The position numbers and the translations under genes are program-made. A stretch of 64,000 nt of DNA from Carcharhinus longimanus (lineage: Eukaryota): assembly GCA_030264375.1 (NCBI GenBank), contig JASCQW010000132.1:85711226-85775225 (forward strand), written 5' to 3'. The notes beneath the pieces were generated by a model that saw nothing but the letters and a program-made list of their open reading frames with translations, was not told where the DNA came from and searched no databases. Of this stretch, positions 39,353 to 51,655 are shown one piece after another. Numbering within the stretch: position 1 is the stretch's first letter; every line of letters begins with the position of its first letter.

Positions 39353-41947
39353 GTTAGGGACCAATTATCTAATTTGAATTTTGTAGAAGTATAGAATAGC
39401 TGTTTGTAGCAATGCTGCTCTTTGGCCAAATCTGAAGTCAGATTACATGTGTGACGCCAGTGTACCTTTTTTAAAAATGTTTTTTATTTAAATCATGTTC
39501 TCTGCAGTTGTAAGCAGGCCTTTTTGATTTTATTGTTGCCAGGCTGTCTGGTTCCAAGCCTTTTTTTTTGCTGATTAAATGGGGTTTGTTTATTAATAAA
39601 GGTTAACTGAAGAACCAGTAAGACCAGTCGACTAGTCATAAGTTCAGCACTTAACAGCAATGGTGAGCAAAGGGTTGTAATTTAAGTTCCTTTAATTTGT
39701 GATGTAGTCCAGTTTTATTCAATGCAGAAGTCTAGTCTTGATGTCCAGGAAAGTCCTGGAATTTGGATGCCTATTTATGAAAAGATCCAGCACTCAGTGA
39801 GTGAGAACAGACTAAAGTACTTCTGTCAGCGGACACTGGCAACTTAAATTGGCAGTTAATTTCTAGCTCAGGCTTAAAACGGTGGAAGAAGAGAAAGGAT
39901 GACTAAGAATTTGAGGAGTTCCCGAGGGAGCTGTCAGCCTCCAAGAACAGTTGTCCAACTATGTTAGCTGGGCTTTGTGGATTATGTTGCTAGGCCTCAG
40001 CAGCCAGAAATGATGCACAGATTACATCTGAACACTTGCACTTTTTAGGGAACTCAGAATTGATTTCATCCTGAGTTCAAATCCTGAACCCCTACACTCA
40101 ACACCATAAACTTCATTTACCAGCACTTTAAACATCACTGAACCTTTTATGCCCACCTTGTATGTAGAGATCAACGAAAACAAAACTGCTGGTTGGTTTG
40201 CAGTTTTCATATTGAAAATAAATGGATTTATGGAATGAAATTCTTCAAAATGGGTAAAAATGCCAGGGTCCCATACTTTTAAAATGAAGTCAGTGGTCTT
40301 GGCTGTAATAATAAAACGTAGAACTCCCTAAATCATTCATCACAACCAAATTCTACTGTTATATTGCTGATGAAGCAATAAACAATCATATGGATAAACT
40401 CTAAAGCTTTCATCATTAAACTGTCATTTGAAATGTAAATGTAAATTATATCAGAAAGGAATGATTAAAGAGGTATAATTTTTGTTTAGAGACGCATGTT
40501 AGTATTGAATAACATTCCATCTTGAAATGACAAAAATGTAAATATTTATAGCTGTATTGATACTGAGCCGTTGCAAACTGGTGAACCTGATCTTCAGCTA
40601 TAAATCAAATGTACTATCAAAACAATAATTCATAAATTGTCTTGTGTTCCCTACAGGCAGACTACAAGTGATGCGCATCTCTAACTGTAGTGCCTCGGGT
40701 GAAATTGAGTTTGCAAGGTCCCAGCACAATTATTGAATGCTATCTTAAACGAAATAACTCTAGTGGATACCTATTGTATATGGGATCGACACAAAGTACA
40801 TCTTGAATTTTTAAAAATTTAACCTATTGAAATTTCTGTAATTAAACTTATTGGTGTTGACAGACTACAGAATACAATATAACACTATTTACTGAAGTTG
40901 TTGGACAGCCTTGAATTTACTCTTGACATTGCCAGTCCTCGTCCGTGGTAATTTAAAAATGCATGCCATATTTTTATTTTAATTAATTTCTCATACATTA
41001 CACACAGTGAATAGCTTTTAACTTCACTGATGGTAAGTTGGCAGAATGGATTACCTGCCTGTTGTAGAACCCACCCAGTTTTCTTAACAGAATGGAAATC
41101 AGGTTAATTCTAAATTTAAGGGAAAAATTTTGTAGATAAACATCACGTGCCCACTGTAACTTTTTTGCCACTTAACCAAAATTTTGACCTGTTTTGAAAA
41201 ATAAACTTGCCAGAACTAATCATTCACTGGTCCATAGCAGTTTTAAGTTTTTCATTGGGTTCTTGTCTTCTGTTGACAAAGAAACAATTCTTCACTCATA
41301 AATTGAAGTATATTCAACATCATGTTAGACTTCATTAAGATAAAAGGAAGTTCAGTAGTTTTTCTCAATGGAGACTGATTTGGTTTTATTTAAGCTGCTT
41401 TTATGATACCTAAATATGTACCATACTAAAAACACAAGCATTGTGCCAATGCTAAACTGTCAGAATATGCAAGATTTGAAAAGGTTGAAACGTATGTGAG
41501 ACGTCTTGATAATGGGGTCCTTTTGGCTATGGTGACATCTTAATCACATTGGGTGTTATTAAAAATGATTTGCTGAAGAATGAGAGGACTTTCTATAGAA
41601 TTGTTTACAGTAAATTTAATGATTTGTTGCTTGAAGAATGGACATGTGATATAGTGAAGTTTTGTACTTAGCTGCAGTGTTTTATTGCAGGTTGGAATGT
41701 GCTTGTTAATTTATGGCACTGGGTCAGTTACTTTTCATAAGTCAATTTGCATCTAAACTAAGTGTGATGTCCAGAATCTGACAGATGTACGTGAGATGCA
41801 ATAATTCAGCTCAAGGTTTATGTGGATCATTATGGATATATGAAACACATTTACACAACTAAATTTCTCCTCCTTTCTTTAGAATTTCAGCAAAACTCAA
41901 TAGTGGGTACGTGAAATCGGCTCCATCTCTGATAGCACTCTGCACAT

Positions 41948-42345
41948 GCGGTGGTACAGTGGTTATATTACTGAACTAATAATCCAGAGACCTGGACTAA
42001 TAATCTGAGATTTGAGTTCCAATTCTACCAAATCCCAGAGGAATATAAATTCAGTTTATTAAACAAAAACTTGTAATAAGAATTTAATATCAATAAAAGT
42101 GATAAAAACCCAAATGGCTAATGTCCTTTAGGGAAGGAAACTTGCTGTCTTTTCCCAATCTGTCACACAGTAATATGTTTGACTTAATGGAATCACCCAG
42201 CAAGCCCCTCAGCTGTATCAAAAGCTGTACAACAACCTGCAGCAGTTCAAGAGGGTGGCTTGCTGTCACAATCTTGAGGGCAGTTGGAGATGGATAATAA
42301 TTGCTTGTCTTAGCATCAATGCCCATATCCCATGAATGAACATAT
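41948..42345 (+). mobile_element. Second SINE family copy
   Basis: gtggtacagtggtt...actaataatccagagacc...ctaatgtcctttagggaaggaaac...gcccatatcccatgaatgaa. Confidence 0.75.
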
Positions 42346-43024
42346 TAAAACAATTGAGGGCTTGTAAGAGAACATTGTTCCCTAGTTGCTTTACAGTTTA
42401 CTCTAGACTAGTTGGGAATAGTTCACTGTGAAACACTGATAACTTTGCACCTCAATGCTCCTATTAAAATTCTGTGGAAAGGGTAGTAGGAAGTATTTTT
42501 GTCTTGCATTGTGATATTATCAGCAATTCCTTTGTACGGTTTAAGAATATAATTTTGTCAAAGCAGTCGCAGTTATGAAGTAGCGTTCTTCATTCACTTT
42601 TGTCATTCTAATCTGTTTAGGCCCTGTCTTCTGCAACTTCCTAAACTATTTTTTTCATTCTATCCTCCTGCCCTTTTAAAGGTATCCTCATTTGGTCAGT
42701 ATTCCTAAATCTATTGCCGTGCAAGTGAGCAATCTATTCCCATATGAACTGCCTTGCATTAAAGCCACCATACAAATGCAAGCTGTTGTTGACTGTGAAA
42801 AGTGGCAAAAAATTGTGTAACCAAATATTCTTTTTTAAGATGGTGCCGGAGGTGGGGGGTGGCATGTGGGAGGAATTAACTTAAAAATAAATGAGATTTT
42901 GAATTTGTCTTGGAATATTTTAAAAATTTAGTTTCTTAAATTAAGTTGACCATGCTGTGTTGGAGGTAGAGGCTCCTTCTCATGGTAATTTCAAGGATGC
43001 TGAGGTCCTGTATTTTGCCTCGTG

Positions 43025-43392
43025 TGTCAGCTCAGTTAGTGTATTCTCACTTCTGCATTAGATAGTCATGGGTTCCAGCTCCATTCCAGTGCTTTGCGCA
43101 CATAACCAAGACTGACCCTCCCAGGACTGTCAGGTGCTCTCAGAAATGAGACATTAAACTTAGGCCCTGTCTGTCCTTTCAAGTGGAAAAATGATTCCAT
43201 TGCACTATTTGAAGAAAAGCATCTGGTGTCCTGGCCATATTTATTCCTCAATCAGTGCCAAAATCTGTTTGTGTATTTAATTTACTTCTGGTCATTTATT
43301 CCACTGCTGTTTATAGAATGTTACTGCATGCTATTTGGCTATAAGCCATGTTGTGGTATCTTGAGTCTGTGGAAAGATGATATGTAAATGGA
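43025..43392 (+). mobile_element. SacSINE1-like DeuSINE (old)
   Basis: Deu-domain-like tgagacattaaac.taggccctgtctg...ccattgcactatttgaaga...ggtgtcctggcca.atttattcctcaa. Confidence 0.7.
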
Positions 43393-43911
43393 GGTTCTTC
43401 TATCTTTGTGATCTGAGTTTGTAAGCTTCATCAGTGTATTCTATGATAAGCAATCCATCAAATCCTTATCTAACTTCTGCACATCTACATAACCGTACTT
43501 CACTTGATGGCACCGAGTGGTTGAAATTTTGACTGGCTTTTATTTTGTCTCCTCTTTCTTGGGGGTGTTGTTTGCTATCCACCAAATCAATGAGGAAAAT
43601 CTTTAGAAATTAGGTTAGAAGCAACATCAAGAGCAAGTTGAAAAATATGGCAGATGATGTAAATGTAATACCCATTTCTTTTTACTTGCTCTATGATTTT
43701 TGTAACGCAGGCTATTTAACCACTAGTGGAGTGTGCCTTTTCACAAGTTTCACAGCCTTTGAGGTGGTCAGTCAATAAATGCAGTGAGCTTGAAAAATCA
43801 TTCATCTTGGGCCATGGTGGAATTCAGGTTTTTTGTTTTTTTTTGAAAAGTATTATATTTTTGAAAGAAGCATTTAGTAAAATTTCTGCAACGTTAAAAA
43901 TATCATAATGA

Positions 43912-44274
43912 TTCATTTCCAAATTCCGCACACGAGGACAGCATCAACCCACATCATTTGGCCTGGGCTTGCAAAATCTTACTAACTCTTGGCTTGAGAC
44001 GATTCATACTTCTCTAACCTGTGATTATCCCCCTCTCCACTTGCACTTTATGTACCTGTAAAGACTCCTTTATCTGTAAAGACTCACATTCCAATCTTGT
44101 AATTGTGTCTCTGTCTGTATAATGTTGTGTTTGTGAGCCCACCTCTTCACTCACCTGAGGAAGGAGCTGTGCTCCAAAACCTCATGATTCCAAATAAACC
44201 TGCTGGACTTTAACCTGGCGTTCTGAGACATCTTACTGTGCTTACCCTAGTCCAACGCTGGCATCTCCACACCA
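43912..44274 (+). mobile_element. Penelope-like element 3' end / pseudo-LTR
   Basis: aaattccgcacacgaggac (GIY-YIG C-terminus remnant) then tcacctgaggaaggagctgtgctccaaaacctcatgattccaaataaacctgctggact; homologous to 45767-45889. Confidence 0.75.
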
Positions 44275-45510
44275 GAACAACAACAACTTGATGTGATTTT
44301 TAAAAGGTGCCATTTACAGCCAAATCAAATTTTTAAAAGTATGATGTGTGTACGCTTGTACCTATCGTGACTGAAATTGAAAGACTCTTAAGAGAAAGAT
44401 GGGACACGTTGAAGCAGTCTTGAGATTTTTTTTCAGCTTCTTGCCTTTAAGGTCCCCTTCCCATGTTTTAAAAATTGCACAGACTCCTGTAACACAACAA
44501 AAGCACTTCTGAGTATAAAAAAGAATGCAATTATTCATTTAAATATATGATTTTTGTTTTAATGTGAAATAGAATTGTTGTTTAGCACCAGCAATATTTC
44601 TCAAAGCATTGAGTTCCTAAATTCTAGCAATGCAGCAGAAAGCTCCCTCAGTTTGTATTTACTTAATTCGCAAACAAAGTAGACGTAGAAGTCACGCAAA
44701 AAAAGGAACTCTTTTCACAGAGTGAAGATGTTGGGTAAAAGCAAACGTTGATTGACTAACCAGATGTTGATTCCAACTCTGCTGCTGACAAGCAGTCTCT
44801 ATTTACCTAACTGCAGAGAATTTTAGGTATATGTTAACAGAACATGAGGTTCTGTATTTCCCAAATTCTGGTTGGTAGTGAATGAGTTTGATAAATGGTA
44901 TTGGATTCAAACATAGAGAACATAAAGATGGTTGACACCCTGCCATTGGCCCTGTGTAATCCCACCCACTGCAATGAAGGCAAGTTACCCTACCTTATAG
45001 TTAAAGTGGGGTGGGAGCAGGTGTTGTGGATCAACTCCCCAACCACTGATGGCTTCCTGCCACAATGCCCAATATGGGACCACTTTACAGGCTGTCAGCA
45101 TTTTACCAAAAGCTGATCAAACCCTTGTTAGGTGGTGAAGGCAGTTGCCCGGGGTGGGGGGGGTGATATGGCAAAGTATTTATTTGTTCAAAGAGGAGGC
45201 CTTGGGCAGTGATGGTAGCCCATCCAATACCAGCAATTGGCTCCCCTCCATCAATGTAATAAAGTATTTTAACATTCTTTTGGCCTATCTGCTGTCAGCT
45301 TTGGTTAGGCTGCATTTGGAATATGGTGTAAATTCCGGTTGCCAAACTACCAGAAGGAAGTTGATGCATTGGAAAGGAAGTAGAAGAGATTTACCCCTAG
45401 GATGTTGCCCNNNNNNNNNNNNNNNNNNNNNNNNNNNNNNNNNNNNNNNNNNNNNNNNNNNNNNNNNNNNNNNNNNNNNNNNNNNNNNNNNNNNNNNNNN
45501 NNNNNNNNNN

Positions 45511-45668
45511 TTACCCCCAACTCCGTGCACCCTAACCTTTTGCAGCAACCTTTTGTGAGGCACCTTATCAAATGCCTTTTGGAAATCGAAAAACACCACA
45601 TCCACCGGTTCCCCTCTGTCTACCACACTAGTGACATCCTCATAGAAATCCAATAAATTCGTTAAACT
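45511..45668 (-). mobile_element. CR1 RT fragment
   Basis: LTNLLDFYEDVTSVVDRGEPVDVVFFDFQKAFDKVPHKRLLQKVRVHGVGG. Confidence 0.92.
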
Positions 45669-45671
45669 GAA

Positions 45672-45889
45672 GTGGGCACAGTAAGAGGTCTCACAACACA
45701 CAGGTTCAAGTCCAACAGGTTTATTTGGAATCAGGAGCTTTTGTACACTGTTCCTTCATCAACCACTCACCTGATGAAGGAAGAGCACTCCGAAAGCTCC
45801 TGATTCCAAATAAAGCTGTTGGACTTGAACCTGGGTGTTGCAAGACCTCTTACTGTGCCCACCCCAGTCCAACACCAGCATTTCCGCAT
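45672..45889. mobile_element. Penelope-like pseudo-LTR pair in inverted arrangement
   Basis: 45672-45761 is the reverse complement of 45772-45862; contains ctgatga...gaaa. Confidence 0.85.
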
Positions 45890-46568
45890 CTTGGATAGAC
45901 TGGATAGTTGAAGTCTTTTTCCCAGGGTTGAAGAGTCAATTACTTGGGGGCATAGGTTGAAAGTGAGAGGGGGAAACTTTTTAAGAGATTTAAGGGGCAA
46001 GTTTTTCTGAGGATGGTGAATGCCTGGAACATGCTGCCAGAGAAGATGGTGGAAGCAGATTCTATAACAACGTTCAAGAGGCATCTGGATAGATATGCGA
46101 AGAGGGAAATGGACCATACGGAGGCAAGAAAATATTAGATTAGAGGCATCTGTGTCAGCACAAACTTAGAATCATCATAGAACCATAGAAACCCTATTGT
46201 ACAGAAGGAGCCCATTTGGCCCATCAAGTCTACACTGACCACAATCCCACCCAGGCCCTAGCCCCATATCCCTACATATTTACCCGCTAATCCCTCTAAC
46301 CTAACCATCTCAGGATACTAAGGGGCAATTTTAGCATGGCCAATCAAACTAACCCGCGTATCTTTGGACTGGAGGAGGAAACCGGAGCACCCAGAGGAAC
46401 CCCACGCAGACAAGAGAAGAATGTGCAAACTCCTCACAAACAGTGACCCAAGCCAGGAATCGAATCCAGGTCCCTGGAGCTCTGAAGCAGCAGTGCTAAG
46501 CACTGTGCTACCGTGCCACCCTTGATGGGCCAAAAGGCCTGGTCCTGTGCTGTACTTTTCTTTGTTCC
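45890..46568 (+). mobile_element. CR1 3' end split by a minus-strand HE1 SINE (46168-46521)
   Basis: CR1 UTR gcacaaactt|...|gatgggccaaaaggcctggtcctgtgctgtac interrupted by a complete reversed HE1. Confidence 0.88.
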
Positions 46569-48194
46569 TCAACAGTGGCCAGCATAAGTGGGGGTGCCGC
46601 TGAGCTTCTGGCTTTCTGATTGGGCCATCAGCTGTAAGGACATGGATAGCAGTCCTGAACAGGACAGCGACCTCAGTAGCAGCTTATCCACGTTTGCTGC
46701 ACACACGATCAAGGCTGTGTCTTGCCGCTCGGGGAGTGCATATTGCCGATAAAGGCAAGATCTGGCAACAGAGGAAATTGCATAAAATGCTTCTAAACTA
46801 TGTGCAGTCAGGTCAATAGAATTGGTCTTTAAGGATTAGCATTTGGAATACATATCTGGACCCTGTATTTATCTCTTGAAAGTGATTAATTGGAAACATT
46901 GCTTTCTCGTTTATCTGTTTCCCTACTCTGCTCCAGCACAAGCTCTAAATATTTAATTGTAGTCATTCCTAGAAAGAACCAAGGAGTTTAATTTCTTGTC
47001 TCGCTCTCCTCCTCAGTGTTTCCTTTCTTGCATAAAGCTATCCTGAGTATCACATTATATTTAACTGTCAGGTGATGAGCTTGGTCTAAGGACAGTCAGT
47101 GACAGCGGGGGTATGGGTGTCTGATTAAGTGAATAGCTCAACATTAGTTCCCTAATCACTGTGTTTCTGGAAGGATCCACTTGGCAGCAGCAATATTCTG
47201 GGTCTTGTCGCCAATATTTAGCCGCAGCTTATATTGGCGCAAACCTTTTTTTTTTGAGTGGGTCCCTTGAAATCTTGTAGCGGGCACCAGTTGAGAACCC
47301 CTTTTTTTTTATAGTATTGGTGTAATTTGTGCCCTGGGAGGCAGGGTTTGAGCAGCTGTAGTAAAAAAAGGATAAGGTGGGTATGGGAAAGGATACCTTT
47401 TAAAAGACACAAGATTTTGTTTGCTGCTTCTCACATCCGAGTCATTTTTGCAAATGTTTCAACGGCATTTTTGTTTTTTGGGCCCCCCCCCCCCCCCCCC
47501 CGCCCATTTCCTGGAAGACCATTCCAAGTGTTGATCACACTCAGCATGAAGAAGTATTTCCTGATGTTAATCTTGGGAATGAGTTCTTAGAATATTGGAG
47601 GGAGCTACGGGAATTGAAGCATTGAGCAGATGGCAGGGTTGGAGTGCATTCGTCATGGAGGCTGAGGGCTGTCCCAGCAACTCTGAGGAGAACGTTCTTG
47701 AAATCTAACTGGCCTTGGGATGGGGTCTTGAAACATTGACATTGTTGGGGTCTGCAGTATTGTGGGGACAGAGTTTCGGGAAAATGGACCCAAACTTTCC
47801 TTGATTCTACTATGCTTCATTTCCCATGTGTTCCTGCATATTGTTTACATTCCCTTTCACTTTCCTCAATTCCTGCCTTCGGTTTTTATTTTGAAATGTT
47901 GAATGTAAATTTCTGCTTGTTAAAAGTTAATAAATTTAAAACAACGTGGGGATGGGGGCATCCCTAACAGGCACCATGTGTGTATTGAATGAAATTATCA
48001 ACTTGTGCAGCCTTGAAAAATAAATTTTCACAAGCAAATAAATTATCCCATAACATGCTCTAAATTTATTGTTTCTAATTTATTTTTTCAATGAAGCCTC
48101 AAGAATCGTTCAGAAGAGTTCTTCCAACTTGAACATTGACTCTTAATAATGTTTATAAACATAAAAAAACCACAAACAATTGATATTGTTCCCC

Positions 48195-48541
48195 TGGTGG
48201 CACAGTGGTTGGCACTGCTGTTTCATAGTGCCAGGGACCTGGGTTCGATTCTGGCCTTGGGTCACTCTGCAGAGTTTATACATTCTCCCCGGGTCTGCAT
48301 GGGTTTCCTCTGGGTGCTCCAATTTCCTCCCACAGTTCATAGATGTGCAGATTAGGTAGATTGGCCATGCTGAATTGCCCCTTAATGTTCAAAGATGTGT
48401 AGATTAGGAGGATTGCCATAATAAATGCATGGGGTTACAAGGATAGAGCAGAGGGCAAGGCCTGGGTGGGATCCGACCAGAGAGTTGGTGCATCTTAATA
48501 TGCCAGATGGCCTCTCTGCACTGTAGGGATTCTGTTCTATG
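48195..48541 (+). mobile_element. HE1-like V-SINE
   Basis: tggtggcacagtggttggcactgctg...gggttcgattc...ctgcactgtagggattctgttctatg. Confidence 0.9.
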
Positions 48542-49304
48542 TGGTATTTTTACACAGGTTATCCTTTTCTCTTACATTTGTGCAGGCTCCGCACTTGTCT
48601 GCAATAAAGACTTTGACTTTTCAATTTCCAGTTTGTTTCAAAGTTTTCTGGAAAAGACAGCAAAACACCTATCCTAAAAGGATAATGGGAATGACCTTCT
48701 ATCCTTCAACTACTGATGCGGAAATTAAAAACTGTAAATGTGCAAAATGAACAGATGAAATTGAAAGTTCTATGCTGTGATAAAAATATTGAATTAAAAT
48801 TAAAATGCAATGGGGGGGGTGGCCAGGGAAACAGGTGAGAATGATAAATAGGAGAAAAAAATTAAGACTAAAGTCAACCATAACATCGCCCAATAGCCAG
48901 GGCATTGGAATCACAATGTGGGAATGGCCCATTTTTTAAAGTGAATATGACTCGTATAGAAGCCATGACTTCTGCATGGAAAGATGATTAGGCATTTTCA
49001 AATAAATACATTTTCTATATTATTTGATTTTGCCATTGACAGATACTGAACAGGGCCCAGGTGAGGGTAAGAATGTTGTCTGGCAGGTGTTTAATATCAT
49101 GCTTCCAGCAAGCTGGTTTGCTGAAACCATCCCATTCTAAACTAATTTCCTGGAGGCCAAATCCGGGCCAGAACTGCTTTCTGCTTATAAGCAGTAGGCA
49201 CCCAACTAAAGTAGTTAACAGGTGAATTAAAAATTGAGCAATGCACTTATATTTTCAAATTGGATAATCACAGCAGCATAAGTAATTGTGAACTTAATCA
49301 GCAA

Positions 49305-50335
49305 GAACTTGGATTTATATTGTGCTTCTAATGTAGCAAACCTTCCAAAATGCTTAAACAAGAGCGTCAAAATTTAACAGAGTTACAGAGTAAGTTATCA
49401 AGACAGCTGATCAAAACCGGGTCAAATAGGAAGAATCTAAGGATCATCATAAAAGGAAGAAAGAGAGGTGAGAATTTAAAAAGTGAATTCCAGAGCTTAG
49501 GGCCAAGACAGCGGAGACCATAAATGCTGATGGTGGAGCAACTACAAAATCATGATTGTGCAAGATGCCAGAATTGGAGGAATGCAGAGATATTGGAGAC
49601 TTAGCTGGAAATATTGGGCAGGATTTTGTGGCCTCACTTGAGTGAGACTGGAAATTCCAGCCAGAGGTCAATGGTGATTGCCTTTGTTGGATCCTTACCT
49701 GTGCTGATTCCAAGGCAGGCGAGGTGGTAGAGTTCCAGCCATGGGGCAGGATTTTACGGCGTCACTCAACCCAAGACCGGAAAATTCTACCCAAGGTCAA
49801 CTGACCTTTCCATTATCCGCCCCTCGCTCCAATTGGCGAGCAGGGTGATAGAATTACAGTGATGGAGTGGTTTAAAAACCAGGATAATTACTTTAAATTT
49901 GAGATTTTGTTGTACTGTGAACCAGTATAGGTCACCAAGCATGGGTAATAGTTGAACAAGAATCTGAGTTAAGGTAGAGAGGCAGAATTTTGGATATGCT
50001 CAAGTTTATGAAGGGTGGAAGGGGGAACCAGCCAGGAGTACATTTGAATATTTATGCCTAGAGTTAACAAAGGCATGAATGAGGGTATCAAGAACGGATG
50101 AGCTGAGGCAGAGCTGGTGTTGTGATGTTATAAAGGTGGAAGTACGTGGTCTTGCTGATCGGGCAGATAAGTGGGCAGAAGCTCATCTTGAAGTTGAGAT
50201 TGGATATGTCCTGGTTCAGCTTCAGGCGATTAGGAGGGAGAGGGATACGAATGATGATTGGGGAATGGATTTCATCACAGGGGCCAAAGACAATGTCTGC
50301 TCATCCAATACTGGATGTCAGCCAGGCAAAATAAA
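49305..50335 (-). mobile_element. Old L2 LINE remnant with two tandem MITEs (49616-49740, 49744-49860)
   Basis: aacttggatttatattgtgcttctaatgtagcaaa is a reversed L2 tail; GC-rich TIR elements are nested within. Confidence 0.65.
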
Positions 50336-51655
50336 TTGGCATTAAGAATACGCATTTACTGAGAGCGTTAAAGAGATGCATCATTGGTTTAATGATGCAT
50401 GCTTCTGGTTGAACTAAATGATGTTTAGTTTTTATGTAAGTTCTAAATATTTGAAATCTAAAAGTGTGACAGAGAATTGTTTAATTAGGTTTAATCCTAT
50501 CCATTGAATCACTGGTGATTCATTTTGGCAATGAGTCGTCTTACTGAAGTGTGTTTTACATAAGTTACTTTCAAATTGCAAGAAGTGAGAACACCTAAAA
50601 GAAGCTTTCTTTTTAAAACAAATGTGCATCTTAGTAGTGGAAAGATGGAGCATTAACTTTGAATTCTGTGAAGTAGTGGGATGTATTTTTGCATCTGCGA
50701 TTTTCCCCGTGCTGCTGGTTTGCTGACCTGATGTAGAAAATGCACGTGCTAAGTGATACAGTAATTGTCTAATTAGATTTTATCCTCTCCATTTGATCAC
50801 TGCAGGTGATTTGACTAAATTCTGTTTTGAGGCGGCAGGGTCTTGGAAAGGGCCACATATGTGTGCTCCCTGGAGGCTAATTTACGCTATTATTGATGGA
50901 AGTTTGAAAGGCGGGTGTGTGATTCAGTGAGAAGTATTCAGGACGGGGAACATGCATAATAAAATTCTGAGAGTCTGTTTTGATTGTACTTGCATTCACG
51001 TCGTTTCCTTTACCAATTTGAATGTAAATTTCTGCTTGTTAAAAGTTAATAAATTTTAAACAACATGGGGATGGGGGCATCCCTAACAGGCACCATGTGT
51101 GCATTGAATGAAATTATCAACTTGTACAGCTAATTTGAATTGGTAATCTTACTAGGATTTGTTTCAACTAGTAATTTTTGTTCAGTTTTAACAATGTAAT
51201 AAATTTCACTCCAAATGCACAATTTCCCTGTTTACCTTTCAGTTCAAAGTATAGAGTTATACTTGTAGAAAATATGTAGTAAGGCTTCAGTCTGAACTTG
51301 AAAAGTGACAAACTTGAAAGCAGGTTATGAAGGGGGAAAGATAGATGTGTGCATTGTGGCTGTTGTCTCCTGTCTAATTAGTCAAATCGGGGCCAGGGGA
51401 GTGCTTTACAACTGAAAGGATCACAAGTTTTCAGTCTCTGGGACAGGTAGGCAGTACTATATGTCAAAAGCCATTACTCAGGAATCTGCTCCATGCCTCT
51501 TTATATTTTCTATAATTGTTCACTTAGTAACATTGTTATATTTATAAGATGTTAAAAGGGACACTGTCTGAAGGTGTTGACAAGCAGGTGTTGTAAAAAA
51601 AATAATTGATTACAACAAATCTGGAAACCAAAATAATATGACAATCCCTAATTTA

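Larger units (their letters stand above)
47899..51130 (+). repeat. 113-bp dispersed direct repeat (47899-48011 and 51018-51130)
   Basis: Manual alignment shows about 4 mismatches. Confidence 0.92.

Noticed and set aside
47484-47501. Poly-C run (and G-run at ~27864-27877) as G4/i-motif
   Set aside because: Simple homopolymers with unreliable length in assemblies and no supporting context
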